64,000 nt of DNA from an uncultured Methanoregulaceae archaeon (GTDB taxonomy: Archaea; Halobacteriota; Methanomicrobia; Methanomicrobiales; Methanospirillaceae). The position numbers were made by a program, and so were the translations under genes. Location: the NCBI GenBank assembly GCA_963717525.1, contig OY970343.1:448001-512000 (forward strand), written 5' to 3'. Under the pieces are notes generated by a model. It was not told the DNA's origin, searched no databases, and saw only the letters and a list, made by a program, of their open reading frames with translations. Numbering within the stretch: the stretch's first letter is position 1; every line of letters starts with the position of its first letter. This document shows positions 55,084 through 64,000 of the stretch, in pieces.

Positions 55084-56088
55084 TCAGATAATGAGCTCGA
55101 TACCCAGTTTTTCCGCCAGTTCCTTGTACCGGTTCCGGATGGTGACCTCGGTCACGCCCGCAACTTCCGCTACTTCGCGCTGGGTGCGGCGCTCCCCGCA
55201 GAGGATGGTGGCGATGTAAATCGCTGCTGCCGCGACGCCGGTCGGGGCCCTTCCGTTTGTCAGTTCACGCTCGTCGGCCTGCCGGAGGATTTCAACGGCC
55301 CGGCTCTGGACTTCTCCCTTGAGTTTGAGGCCCGAGCAAAAGCGGGGCAGATAGTCGATCGGGGAGGTCGGGAGGAGATTTAAACCCAACTCGCGGGAGA
55401 CGAACCGGTAGGTCCTGCCGATCTCTTTTCTGGATACACGGGACACTTCCGCGATCTCATCGAGTGTTCGGGGCACGCTGCACTGTCGGCAGGCAGCGTA
55501 GAGCGCTGCGGCTACAACGCCTTCGATACTCCGGCCGCGAATAAGGTTCTTGTCGGCCGCGTCACGGTAGACCCTAGCTGCGGTCTCACGGATGTTCCGC
55601 GGCAGGCCCAGTGCGGAGGCCATACGGTCCATTTCCGAGAGTGCGAACGCAAGGTTCCGCTCGATCGCGTTGCTGACACGGATCCGGCGCTGCCACTTGC
55701 GAAGACGGTAGAACTGGGCCCGGTTCTTGGAAGAGATGGCCCTGCCGTAGAAGTCCCGGTTGCGCCAGTCGATCATGGTGGAGAGACCCTTATCGTGGAT
55801 CGTGAGGGTCATTGGTGCACCGGTACGAGCCCGGTTCGTCCGCTGGTCGGCGTTAAACGCACGCCACTCGGGACCGCGGTCGATGAAATCGTTATCGATC
55901 ACAAGCCCGCAACTCTGGCAGACCAGTTCTGCCCGCTCATGGTCGTGGACAAGCTGGCGGCTGCCACACTCCGGACAGGCCGTTTCGGTTGCGTTCTCCG
56001 CTTTCCTCTCCAGCTCTTTCTGTTTCGTGCGCGATTTGAGCGATTCCCGATCAGACTGGAGAACTTTTAGTTTTTCAATTTCCTGCAT
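55084..56088 (-). CDS. tfb: Transcription initiation factor B (probably a divergent paralogue)
   Basis: CPECG..CQSCG Zn ribbon, GPEWRAF, HDKGLST, two cyclin repeats, [23 protein letters not shown]; likely start MQEIEK. Confidence 0.95.
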   Translation of the reverse strand: MQEIEKLKVLQSDRESLKSRTKQKELERKAENATETACPECGSRQLVHDHERAELVCQSCGLVIDNDFIDRGPEWRAFNADQRTNRARTGAPMTLTIHDKGLSTMIDWRNRDFYGRAISSKNRAQFYRLRKWQRRIRVSNAIERNLAFALSEMDRMASALGLPRNIRETAARVYRDAADKNLIRGRSIEGVVAAALYAACRQCSVPRTLDEIAEVSRVSRKEIGRTYRFVSRELGLNLLPTSPIDYLPRFCSGLKLKGEVQSRAVEILRQADERELTNGRAPTGVAAAAIYIATILCGERRTQREVAEVAGVTEVTIRNRYKELAEKLGIELII

Positions 56089-56162
56089 CCATATTCCCCT
56101 GGTGATTATCTTGTAGTCTGGATTTTTTGGTGCATGGAGCTGGCGTATCCACGGGGAAACCA

Positions 56163-56387
56163 TTACGTTGAGAAGATCTTTTTTTTGGGCAGGACCGTGC
56201 ATTTCCCCCAGTAGAGGACTGCGGCATAAGGGATCTTGACGTTCCCGAAAAGATGGAGGATCTTGCCGACCGTATTCATCTTCCGGTCGGTTACCTCGCT
56301 GTAGTGTTGAGGGTGTTGGGCGGCGTTACACGGTATAATGAGCATCCGTTCACCGATGGTGCTCATTGCCCGTCCAAAAACGTTCAC
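56163..56387 (-). CDS. Gar1/Naf1-like H/ACA RNP protein, diverged
   Basis: [27 protein letters not shown] resembles Gar1 V.D.....VG.V.DIFG.V..PY..V; gar1-tfb adjacency is typical of euryarchaea. Confidence 0.65.
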   Translation of the reverse strand: MNVFGRAMSTIGERMLIIPCNAAQHPQHYSEVTDRKMNTVGKILHLFGNVKIPYAAVLYWGKCTVLPKKKIFST

Positions 56388-56559
56388 AACAACCTCAATT
56401 ATAAAATGGTGGTAAATACTTCTGTTATATTTGTACCTGCAACTGTACTGCGTATATACGTTGTGAAAAAGGGTTCTGTAAAATTGTCGGCATCTGATGC
56501 ATTGTCGGGACTTTTAATTGTTATTAAGGAAAAGAAGAAAAAAATTTAGATACGTGGTC

Positions 56560-56847
56560 TTACAGCACATCCCGCAAGGCTGCAAGATTCTTTTCCAGTT
56601 TGTTGAGGATTTTTTCCCCGGCGTGGTTCTTTTTGCCGGAACTACTCGCACCCGGATTCTTTATAATCTCGTAATTTACAAAAATCCCGCAATCCGTGTC
56701 GAGATAAATATTATGACGAATCTGGGCATCCCGGAGATTATCAAAATCGGTGATTCCTTTCTGTGCCAGGATCTCGCGGATACGCTTTACTTTTCCGCGT
56801 TCATACGCATTCAGATTCTTTGACCCTTTTGGTCGTCCACGTGGCAT
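56560..56847 (-). CDS. Small basic protein with an N-terminal AT-hook motif
   Basis: MPRGRPKGSKN. Confidence 0.55.
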   Translation of the reverse strand: MPRGRPKGSKNLNAYERGKVKRIREILAQKGITDFDNLRDAQIRHNIYLDTDCGIFVNYEIIKNPGASSSGKKNHAGEKILNKLEKNLAALRDVL

Positions 56848-57011
56848 GATAAGAAATTAATTAGTTATGAATAAAAATTGTTTCTATTGCAATGAAATTA
56901 ATTTCAACAAAAACAGAATATTTCTCAAATGAGGACATAATCTCTGTCAACAAAAATGACATTGATTGTGGCATTCTACAATTCAGTAATAATTATGCAT
57001 AGTGAGGATTT

Positions 57012-57671
57012 ATGAACGATTCTGAATTAGCAAGTATTTTTAAGGATTTACAAAAAAAAGGTCAAATACATCCGAGTAGAGAAATTAAACCATCACCACA
57101 ACAGCATTGTTCATTTTTTTCTCATGCTCCATTGGATGGAATCCGAGAAATTCTCGTGTCAATTAAATTAAGTTCCTCTTATATAGGATATGACCGTAGA
57201 AAAATCGAATTTTTAGATGATAAAACATCAAGATTTGTTCTTCTTCATGAAGAAGGACATATGAGATATTTTATAGATAAACTAGATTGGGATGATAAAA
57301 AAATTGACCGAAAATCCATTCAATATACTCCCCAACTTTGGAGAGAGAATGAATTTAAAGCCGATAAATATGCCGCAAGGGGATTTTTAACAATTTATCC
57401 AGAAATTGATCCGTGTGAAACGATGCATATGTTATTCGAGGCCACTCGTAAATGTCGCGAAAAACATAAGATTTCTCCACTAACAAAAAAAATTCAGAAA
57501 TTATGGCGTAAACTTATGTGGGGGGTAGAAGATTATCATCCATCAAACGAAGAAAGAATTAAAAAAATTGAAGAATATCGCGATGAATGGAAAAACATTC
57601 GCGCCGTATCCAGCAGACGGGATGGAGATGTACCCGGTATCGGAGCGGGTGAACAGTCCCGCAGCGGATGA
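57012..57671 (+). CDS. M48-like zinc metallopeptidase, AT-rich gene
   Basis: LLHEEGH (HExxH), EFKADKYA, YHPSNEERI. Confidence 0.7.
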   Translation: MNDSELASIFKDLQKKGQIHPSREIKPSPQQHCSFFSHAPLDGIREILVSIKLSSSYIGYDRRKIEFLDDKTSRFVLLHEEGHMRYFIDKLDWDDKKIDRKSIQYTPQLWRENEFKADKYAARGFLTIYPEIDPCETMHMLFEATRKCREKHKISPLTKKIQKLWRKLMWGVEDYHPSNEERIKKIEEYRDEWKNIRAVSSRRDGDVPGIGAGEQSRSG

Positions 57672-57857
57672 CGAGCGAGTGATTGAAAGAGTGAGGGGAT
57701 TGTGATAAACCCGGGGCGCCGGGATTATCCCCCCATCCCGGTAATCACCCCCACCACCTGCTGCGCCATCGGATCCAGAACCCGATCTAGGACTAACCCT
57801 GCACAATCCTCATTAACCCGGCCCCGGTAATATTCCCTACAGGAGTACCCTCTCACC

Positions 57858-59945
57858 ATGACACGCACCCTGCTCTCCGAAGCCGAAGGCTACGAACTGC
57901 TGAACCACTATGGGATCCCGGTGCCCCGCTACGCGGTCGTCCGGACTGCAGACGAGGCGGGGCCTGCAGCAGAGGAGATTGGTTTCCCGCTGGTGGCAAA
58001 GATCGTATCACCGCAGGTCGTCCATAAGAGCGACGCAGGCGGCGTTGTGACCGGCATCGCGTCAGCTGCGGCCGCTCAGGAGGCATTTGCTGCTATTACC
58101 GTAAGCGTCCGGGCGGCATATCCCGGTGCCGATATCAGGGGAATCATCCTCGAAAAGCAGCAGGAGGCCGGCCTCGAACTGATTGTCGGGGGAAAAACCG
58201 ACCCTTCATTTGGGAAAGCGCTCACGATTGGCATGGGTGGCACGCTCGTGGAGCTGATCAGGGACGTCGCGATCCGGCTCCTTCCGGCGAGCGATGATGC
58301 GATCCGCTCCATGATCCACAGCCTCCGGGGGTATCCCCTGATCGCCGGGTTCAGGAACAAGACCCCCCGGGATGAGGCTGCACTCCTGGCCATTGCCGGG
58401 GCGCTGGGGCGCATGTTCCTCGAACATCCCGAGATCCAGGAGTTCGACATCAACCCGGTCATCCTGTACGGCAAGGGGGGATGCGTGGTGGATGCACGCA
58501 TCTACACCGATGATTCAGCAGGACTGGTTCAGGGGGAAGCAGAAAGTGTGGCGCTGCCGGACAACCTGTTTACGTTCCGGTCAGTCGCCGTAGTCGGCGC
58601 TTCACAGAATCCCGACAAAGTCGGGTACGCCATCTGCCGGAACATGCTCGGTTTTTCCGGCACACTCTACCCGGTCAACCCCAACAGCGCCGCGATCCTG
58701 GGAAGGACCGCGTATCCATCGCTTACCGCGATACCGGGGCAGGTGGATGCGGCAGTGGTAGCGATTCCTGCCGCAGGAGTGCCTGCCATCGTAGAAGAGG
58801 CAGGGAAAAAGAAGATCCCGCTGGTGATTATTGTCTCGTCCGGTTTCCGCGAGACCGGGCCGGCGGGAAAGGCGCTCGAGGACCAGGTGCTTGCCACCGC
58901 ACGGAAGTACGGGATCCGGGTCATGGGCCCCAACTGCCTCGGGTTTATGCTCCCAAAGGTAGGAATCAACACGACATTTGACCCGGTCTCCCCCAGGGCC
59001 GGTTCCATCGCGTTCATCTCGCAGAGCGGGGCGATCATCACCACGATCGTGGACTGGAGTCTTCCCGAAGAAATCGGATTTTCTGCGGTGATCTCGGTGG
59101 GAAACCAACTGGATCTCACCTTCGAAGACTTCATTCAATGGACCGGTACTGATCCTGCCACAAACGCGATCATCCTGTATGTTGAGGAGATCCGTAACGG
59201 CCGGCGTTTCATGGATTTTGTGAGCCGCATCACGCCGGTCAAACCCGTGATCGTCATAAAATCGGGGTCGTCAACGATCGGGCAGAAAGCCGCATCATCG
59301 CACACGGGTTCCCTCGCCGGCAGTTCTGAGGTATACCTGGCAGCGTTCCGGCAGGCAGGGATGATCCCGGTCCGGTCGATCCGGGAGGCGTTCCAGGTCG
59401 CAGAACTCCTCGCATCTGAAGGGTACCCGGCAGGTACGCGGGCGGTCGTAATCTCAAATGCCGGCGGGTTTGCGGTGCTCTCCTCGGATTATGCAGAACG
59501 GTTCGGGATCGAACTGGTGGAATTCCCTGATGCCCTTACCCGGGAACTGGACGCAGTGCTCCCCCCCAACTGGAGCCGTGAAAACCCGATTGACATGGTC
59601 GGCGATTCCCACCCGGACCAGTATGCAAAGACATTCGATGTGATGATCCGGCACCAGGATCTCTGGGACATTGCATTCGTGATTGCAGTGCCGACGGCAA
59701 TTTCCAATCCCATCAGGGTGGCAAACGAAGTGATCCGGTTCTCAACGCACACGAAAAAGATGATCGTGGGCTGCATGATTGGCGGGGATTCCATGAAAAC
59801 ACCGCAGAGGATTCTCCGGGAGGCTAAGATCCCCAACTTCCCCGACCTTGAGGATGCGTTCCGTGCCGTGGGAAACATCTGCCGGTACACGTGCCGGAAT
59901 GCAAATGGCCACCCCGGGTGCCAGAAGGAGCCCCCCAAACCCTGA
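57858..59945 (+). CDS. ADP-forming acetate/acyl-CoA ligase (beta-alpha fusion)
   Basis: HKSDAGGV, DPSFG, FDINP (ATP-grasp); VGAS, GPNCLG, SQSGA, SHTGSLAG (phospho-His), NAGG, NPID. Confidence 0.92.
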   Translation: MTRTLLSEAEGYELLNHYGIPVPRYAVVRTADEAGPAAEEIGFPLVAKIVSPQVVHKSDAGGVVTGIASAAAAQEAFAAITVSVRAAYPGADIRGIILEKQQEAGLELIVGGKTDPSFGKALTIGMGGTLVELIRDVAIRLLPASDDAIRSMIHSLRGYPLIAGFRNKTPRDEAALLAIAGALGRMFLEHPEIQEFDINPVILYGKGGCVVDARIYTDDSAGLVQGEAESVALPDNLFTFRSVAVVGASQNPDKVGYAICRNMLGFSGTLYPVNPNSAAILGRTAYPSLTAIPGQVDAAVVAIPAAGVPAIVEEAGKKKIPLVIIVSSGFRETGPAGKALEDQVLATARKYGIRVMGPNCLGFMLPKVGINTTFDPVSPRAGSIAFISQSGAIITTIVDWSLPEEIGFSAVISVGNQLDLTFEDFIQWTGTDPATNAIILYVEEIRNGRRFMDFVSRITPVKPVIVIKSGSSTIGQKAASSHTGSLAGSSEVYLAAFRQAGMIPVRSIREAFQVAELLASEGYPAGTRAVVISNAGGFAVLSSDYAERFGIELVEFPDALTRELDAVLPPNWSRENPIDMVGDSHPDQYAKTFDVMIRHQDLWDIAFVIAVPTAISNPIRVANEVIRFSTHTKKMIVGCMIGGDSMKTPQRILREAKIPNFPDLEDAFRAVGNICRYTCRNANGHPGCQKEPPKP

Positions 59946-60018
59946 AGGGTGGACGTCCCGCCGACTCTAACTCACGCCATCCTACCATCATATATACCCG
60001 CGGGGTGCACCCTCACGT

Positions 60019-60504
60019 ATGACTCTTCGCCAGCTCCTTGGCCCGGCACTTCTCTTAGTGCTGGTTCTTGCGGTCGCCGGCTGTACCCAGCCGGTACCTC
60101 TTCCCGTTCCTTCAACTCCCACCCCAACCGTGGCTGTGACCCCGGCCGCGACAACGACACTCCCGGATTCGGCCACCCCCGAGCCGACAGGGTCCCTGCC
60201 CTCCTACTGGAGCGTCAATGTCCAGGCCCAGAGCAACGGCCAGGCAATAAACCCGCAGATCACCATCACCTTCCGGGGCGGTATGGGTCAGAGCCTCATC
60301 CCCCGGATCGAACTCAAGGTCACACGGTCCGATGGCGTTGTTGAGACCGGTGAGATGGACCAGCCACTCACCATAGGTCAGAGCGTCACCTTTGCCGCTA
60401 CCACGGGCTATCAGGACCGGGCCGAGGCATGGGCGATCACCCCGCAGGGAGATGCCGTCAAGATCCTTGACCAGTATGTACCGTTCCGGTCCTATAACTC
60501 CTGA
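60019..60504 (+). CDS. Putative lipoprotein
   Basis: Hydrophobic signal ending VAGC, Pro/Thr-rich linker, beta-rich domain. Confidence 0.7.
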   Translation: MTLRQLLGPALLLVLVLAVAGCTQPVPLPVPSTPTPTVAVTPAATTTLPDSATPEPTGSLPSYWSVNVQAQSNGQAINPQITITFRGGMGQSLIPRIELKVTRSDGVVETGEMDQPLTIGQSVTFAATTGYQDRAEAWAITPQGDAVKILDQYVPFRSYNS

Positions 60505-60534
60505 AGACCGGTTCCGCGAAAACCGGGGAACCAT

Positions 60535-60725
60535 ATATCCATTTTTTAAAATTGCAAGCGATCGAATCGATTATTTTCCGGAATCTTCAGCGTGTGACCC
60601 GTACTTTTTTGAGAATTCTCAAGCTGCTGAGCCGGATTTTTTTGGAAATCTTCAGCTGCCAAATCGAACTTTTTCCGGAATTGTCAGCTCCTGACCCGGA
60701 CTTTTCCGGAAAACTTTGGGCCGGG
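60535..60725. repeat. Degenerate 32-bp tandem array (~6 units), copy 2
   Basis: Units at 60535, 60567, 60599, 60632, 60664, 60696, e.g. CCGGACTTTTCCGGAAAACTTTGG; same consensus as 15908-16296 in the opposite orientation. Confidence 0.8.
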
Positions 60726-60758
60726 CAGTAGGCCTTATGATTGTACAATGGGGATATC

Positions 60759-61277
60759 GTGGGGGCTGTCGCCCCCACACCCCCGTGTGAGGATTGCTTG
60801 CCGCCGCCCCCGACGGGGCACCCCCGCGGCGGCACCGTTACGGTTGACGCGGGATGCAGGTAATCTGCCCGAAAGAACCGAGAAGGAGGAGGATTTGCGA
60901 ATGAGATTGTCCAAATCTTTACTCCAAAATAAGCCCGTAAAACCGTCCGATTCTAGTGAAAATAAAATAGAGCCCGTATAACACCTCTTTTTCCAAAACA
61001 CTCCAAAATTGAGCCCCATATAATGCCCGTAAACGGCCCATAGACGCGTTCCGGCGGCCTCTTTTTCCGGGATCGATCAAATGCTTGTTTGGCCTGAGAT
61101 CGGGTCAGGAATCGCGAATATGAGAACCTTTTAATTTGTCCGTTTGCAAAAATACGGCTGATTTGGGCTTATTTTTAAACGGGGCCCATATCGGGCTCCG
61201 ATTGGATCCTAAAAAGGGGGATCCGGGCTCAATACAGGCCCGGATTAGTGTAACTCAGATCGGGTGAATGGGGGATG
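60759..61277 (-). repeat. Non-coding hairpin-rich dispersed repeat, copy 2 (body), inverted relative to copy 1
   Basis: Reverse complement is colinear with 15320-15865. Confidence 0.85.
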
Positions 61278-61407
61278 CCGGTGCTGTTGGGTTAACGGGA
61301 CTTAACGAAAATGAAATCGTCGTAACCCGTCGATGTTGACTATTTAAAAGTCCCGACAACGCAACAGAACCCGGAAAAATAAAAAATAGTCTCAAGTGAC
61401 TCACTTA

Positions 61408-61809
61408 TCAGATCTTTTTTCCCGCGTTCGGGCCGGGGGTGCATTCAAATATCTCGGTGATGGCGAGCACAAGCAGCCCCTTTGCCGGGTACTGGGGGCC
61501 TTTTGCTTTGATCTGAGCCCTTTCCTTTTCATAATCGGGCCCGCTTGTCTTTACCGTGACCGACCCCTTGATCTGGAAACAGCGCTTCTTTTCCGGCTCC
61601 CAGAAATAGATCGCCATATGGGGATTCTCTTTTACGTTTGCAAGGGTTTTATTCAAGAAGTTGTCGCCCAGCCAGATGGTGTCATCAGACACCAGTTGGA
61701 CAGAGCCCATCGGTGCGACATTGGGTATGCCGGCCTTTGATGCGGTGGCGATGGCAAAGATCTTGTTCTTTGAAAACACCTCTTTCATCTCTGCGGTTAG
61801 TTTAACCAT
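61408..61809 (-). CDS. Pyridoxamine 5'-phosphate oxidase-like FMN-binding protein
   Basis: IATASKAGIPNVAP, DNFLNKTLANVKENP, FQIKG, CTPGPNAG. Confidence 0.88.
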   Translation of the reverse strand: MVKLTAEMKEVFSKNKIFAIATASKAGIPNVAPMGSVQLVSDDTIWLGDNFLNKTLANVKENPHMAIYFWEPEKKRCFQIKGSVTVKTSGPDYEKERAQIKAKGPQYPAKGLLVLAITEIFECTPGPNAGKKI

Positions 61810-61902
61810 TTATTTCACCTCGGTTGTGCTTCCAGGCGGTTTCTGCCGTCACACTTTCATATAACATTAGTACATTTATGCTTTACGGAGTGGGTGGGCT
61901 AG

Positions 61903-62357
61903 GTCATGATGTTACGCCATCAATTTCTGCCCTTGGGGGTCTTTCGAATCGCTGCGGAACCTGCCCATTCAGGACAAAGGCGTCCCTTTCTGCCTTGGTC
62001 CATCCGATGAACCGTGAAGGGACCTTTACCGGGAACGCCACCTTGGAGGCCGCCGGTCGGGATGCTACCGAGTTTCGCTCGTTATTTTGCTGTACCGTAT
62101 CGGCATTCTGTCCGGGTTCATCTGAATTTTGCTTCACCGGTGAATGGGTCGGTGAAAGCCCCAACATGGACCGCAAGACGTCATCAATGTTCCGCGCCCT
62201 GGTTATATTCTTCCGCTCGACAAGAAGCCGGTATACTTCCGCTGATACTTTCAGGTCTTTGATTTCACTCATAGGTTATCCTTCGCGACATTCCCCACAG
62301 GGTCTTCACGGATCGGGAAGTGAGGTGCGGATCACATTGGCCCTGAGATCCTTAAGA
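61903..62357 (-). repeat. ~455-bp direct repeat, copy B
   Basis: Nearly identical to 53067-53522. Confidence 0.92.
61904..62272 (-). CDS. Hypothetical protein with an RHH/antitoxin-like N-terminus, copy B
   Basis: 10 substitutions relative to 53068..53436. Confidence 0.6.
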   Translation of the reverse strand: MSEIKDLKVSAEVYRLLVERKNITRARNIDDVLRSMLGLSPTHSPVKQNSDEPGQNADTVQQNNERNSVASRPAASKVAFPVKVPSRFIGWTKAERDAFVLNGQVPQRFERPPRAEIDGVTS

Positions 62358-62822
62358 CTCATGCCATGCCACAGGACCACAACCGGTTCAGCGGGCAGAT
62401 CATGATCGTGATCTGTCACTCACCACGTCAAAATCCGGGAACAGCATCTCAGTGTGGCAATAAATTCAGGTTCAGCCGGGTCGGCTATTGCCTGGACCCG
62501 GTACTCCTTGCTTGTCTGTTCACCAGTCATAAGAAACTTCTCAAAGAATTGTCGGATCACATCAGGATCTTTCGGCTTGTACTTGCTTGAAGGCCGGAAA
62601 AACCCTGTATTTCGTAACCATCACCCGAAACATGCTCCTTGCATTTGCCTGATAGCTCTGTCGAGTCTTCGGGTGGTTGCATTAAGCCTTCGTCGAGGAA
62701 AATATGTCGCCACCCGCAGACTTTACAGAGCCTTACAAATTGCCATTATCATCTGGGAAATCAATGAGTTGCCTCCCTCTAAAAGTCTTTACTAATCATA
62801 GTCCGTTTTTCAAAAAAATCTC

Positions 62823-64000
62823 TTACAGCGTGATCTTCTTTAATATCAGCCCACCTTTGAAGATCGTGATCCCGCCGCCACTCTGGGAGACGACGATGCC
62901 CACGGCCTGGGTCACGCTCGTGATCGCGGCAACTGAGTTGTGCCGTGTCCCCATACCCTTGGGGAGCGTCACCCTGCTTGAGTCCACCGTGATGTACCGT
63001 CCCGAGGCTTCGATAAACCCGTCACCTGAAACCACGAATGCCCCGTCGAGCTGGGCGAACTCCTTAATATTCTCCTTGAGATCGGGGTTTGTCACCATGC
63101 GCATCTCGGGGATATGACCCTCGAAGGCATTGAGCATGATCTGGCGGGACTTGGCAAGCACATTCTTTGTGTCACCAATCAAAAAGGTCGTGCCGACCGC
63201 TTTTCCTTCCCTGCCCTCGATCGAGATCTCGGTACAGATATGGAAGACGGAATCAAAGACCTCCTCCCGCACATCGGTATCGGCGACGACCTGGTCTTTC
63301 CAGGTATCGGTGCTGATCCGCACCTCTCCGGTCTGTTTCCGGTCGGTGATGTCATGACCGATGCAGAGCACTTCGACGATGTGGCCCTGCTGGTCGCGGA
63401 TCGCCTTGTTGATCCATGCGATCCAGACGATATCCCCGTTCCTGCGGATATTCTCGCTGACATTGATCGCATACCCTTCAGCGTTGAACCCCAGGTCATT
63501 TGCCATCATCGAGAGATCGTGGCTGCCCCGGTTCTTCTCCGGCGCGATCGTCCCGACCACGTTTTTCCCGATGAGTCCGGCTTCGGGGTAATCGAAGAAT
63601 GCTGCCGCGTAGGTATTGACATAGGTAATGGTGCCCTGCATATCCAGTCGCACGATGATGCTCTGGGCGTTCTTCATCATCTCCCGGTACTTCGCCTCGC
63701 TCTCCTTGAGGGCATCCCGCATCTTTTTCTTGTCGGAGATATCGGTGACGACCACCGTGCCGCCTTTCTTCGCATCCAGCGGGTCAAGGAGCCGGGCCTG
63801 GAGGGTGCAGGGGATGATACTTCCGCCGGGGCGGACGAGTTCGCAGTCTGCACACCCGTTCCCGAGGACATCCCGGTGGATTTGGAGATCCCGGCAGACC
63901 TGCCCGAACTCCTCTTCGGTCCTGAAAAGAGAGCGTACCGGTTTTCCTACGATGGCAGATTCAGGGCCCCCAAGAAGGGCCGCGAGCGGGTGGTTGATCC
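62823..64000 (-). CDS. PAS-PAS-DisA_N diadenylate cyclase; 5' end lies beyond the window
   Basis: [19 protein letters not shown] (DGA), GMGTRHNS (RHR-like), VVSQSGG. The frame stays open from 63755 to the window edge, giving another PAS ([20 protein letters not shown]). Confidence 0.88.
   Translation of the reverse strand, partial: INHPLAALLGGPESAIVGKPVRSLFRTEEEFGQVCRDLQIHRDVLGNGCADCELVRPGGSIIPCTLQARLLDPLDAKKGGTVVVTDISDKKKMRDALKESEAKYREMMKNAQSIIVRLDMQGTITYVNTYAAAFFDYPEAGLIGKNVVGTIAPEKNRGSHDLSMMANDLGFNAEGYAINVSENIRRNGDIVWIAWINKAIRDQQGHIVEVLCIGHDITDRKQTGEVRISTDTWKDQVVADTDVREEVFDSVFHICTEISIEGREGKAVGTTFLIGDTKNVLAKSRQIMLNAFEGHIPEMRMVTNPDLKENIKEFAQLDGAFVVSGDGFIEASGRYITVDSSRVTLPKGMGTRHNSVAAITSVTQAVGIVVSQSGGGITIFKGGLILKKITL

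Noticed and set aside
62400..62810. Integrase or transposase remnant beside direct repeat B
   Set aside because: Frames are broken and no catalytic motif is recognisable.

Overview
Archaeal chromosomal window, most consistent with a Methanomicrobiales methanogen (Methanoregula-like; inferred from gene content and order). 1-15.3 kb is a housekeeping cluster: rfcS, mcm, MptD, TatD, NMD3, a tRNA methyltransferase, the archaeal CoA pathway (coaBC, PoK, PPS), a second RFC small subunit, a PfkB kinase and DUF2070. 17-29 kb holds membrane, signalling and ABC-export genes. 29-41 kb is a Ni/Co island (nikR, NikMNQO-type and CbiMNQO ECF transporters, His-rich CDF). gyrBA lies at 41-46 kb, and an RLAN/ATP-grasp/GCS2 peptide-ligase operon at 49.7-52.9 kb. 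53-62 kb is bracketed by two near-identical RHH-like genes and carries an ORB-like box and a divergent gar1-tfb-tbp block. A PAS-PAS-diadenylate cyclase runs off the right end. About 11 single-base frameshifts in conserved genes look like long-read errors; five sit at GTAC. Best unexplained signals: (1) a ~0.75-1 kb non-coding element in two inverted, diverged copies (hairpin body plus an array of 32-bp palindromic units), one copy just upstream of a RuvC-only TnpB derivative; (2) a domain apparently shared by the CbiO C-terminal extension and the divergent regulator; (3) the ORB plus accessory TFB/TBP cassette; (4) a small acidic peptide ORF ahead of the ligase operon. No rRNA, tRNA or canonical CRISPR array was recognised. 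All family calls come from motif recognition by eye, not database searches.
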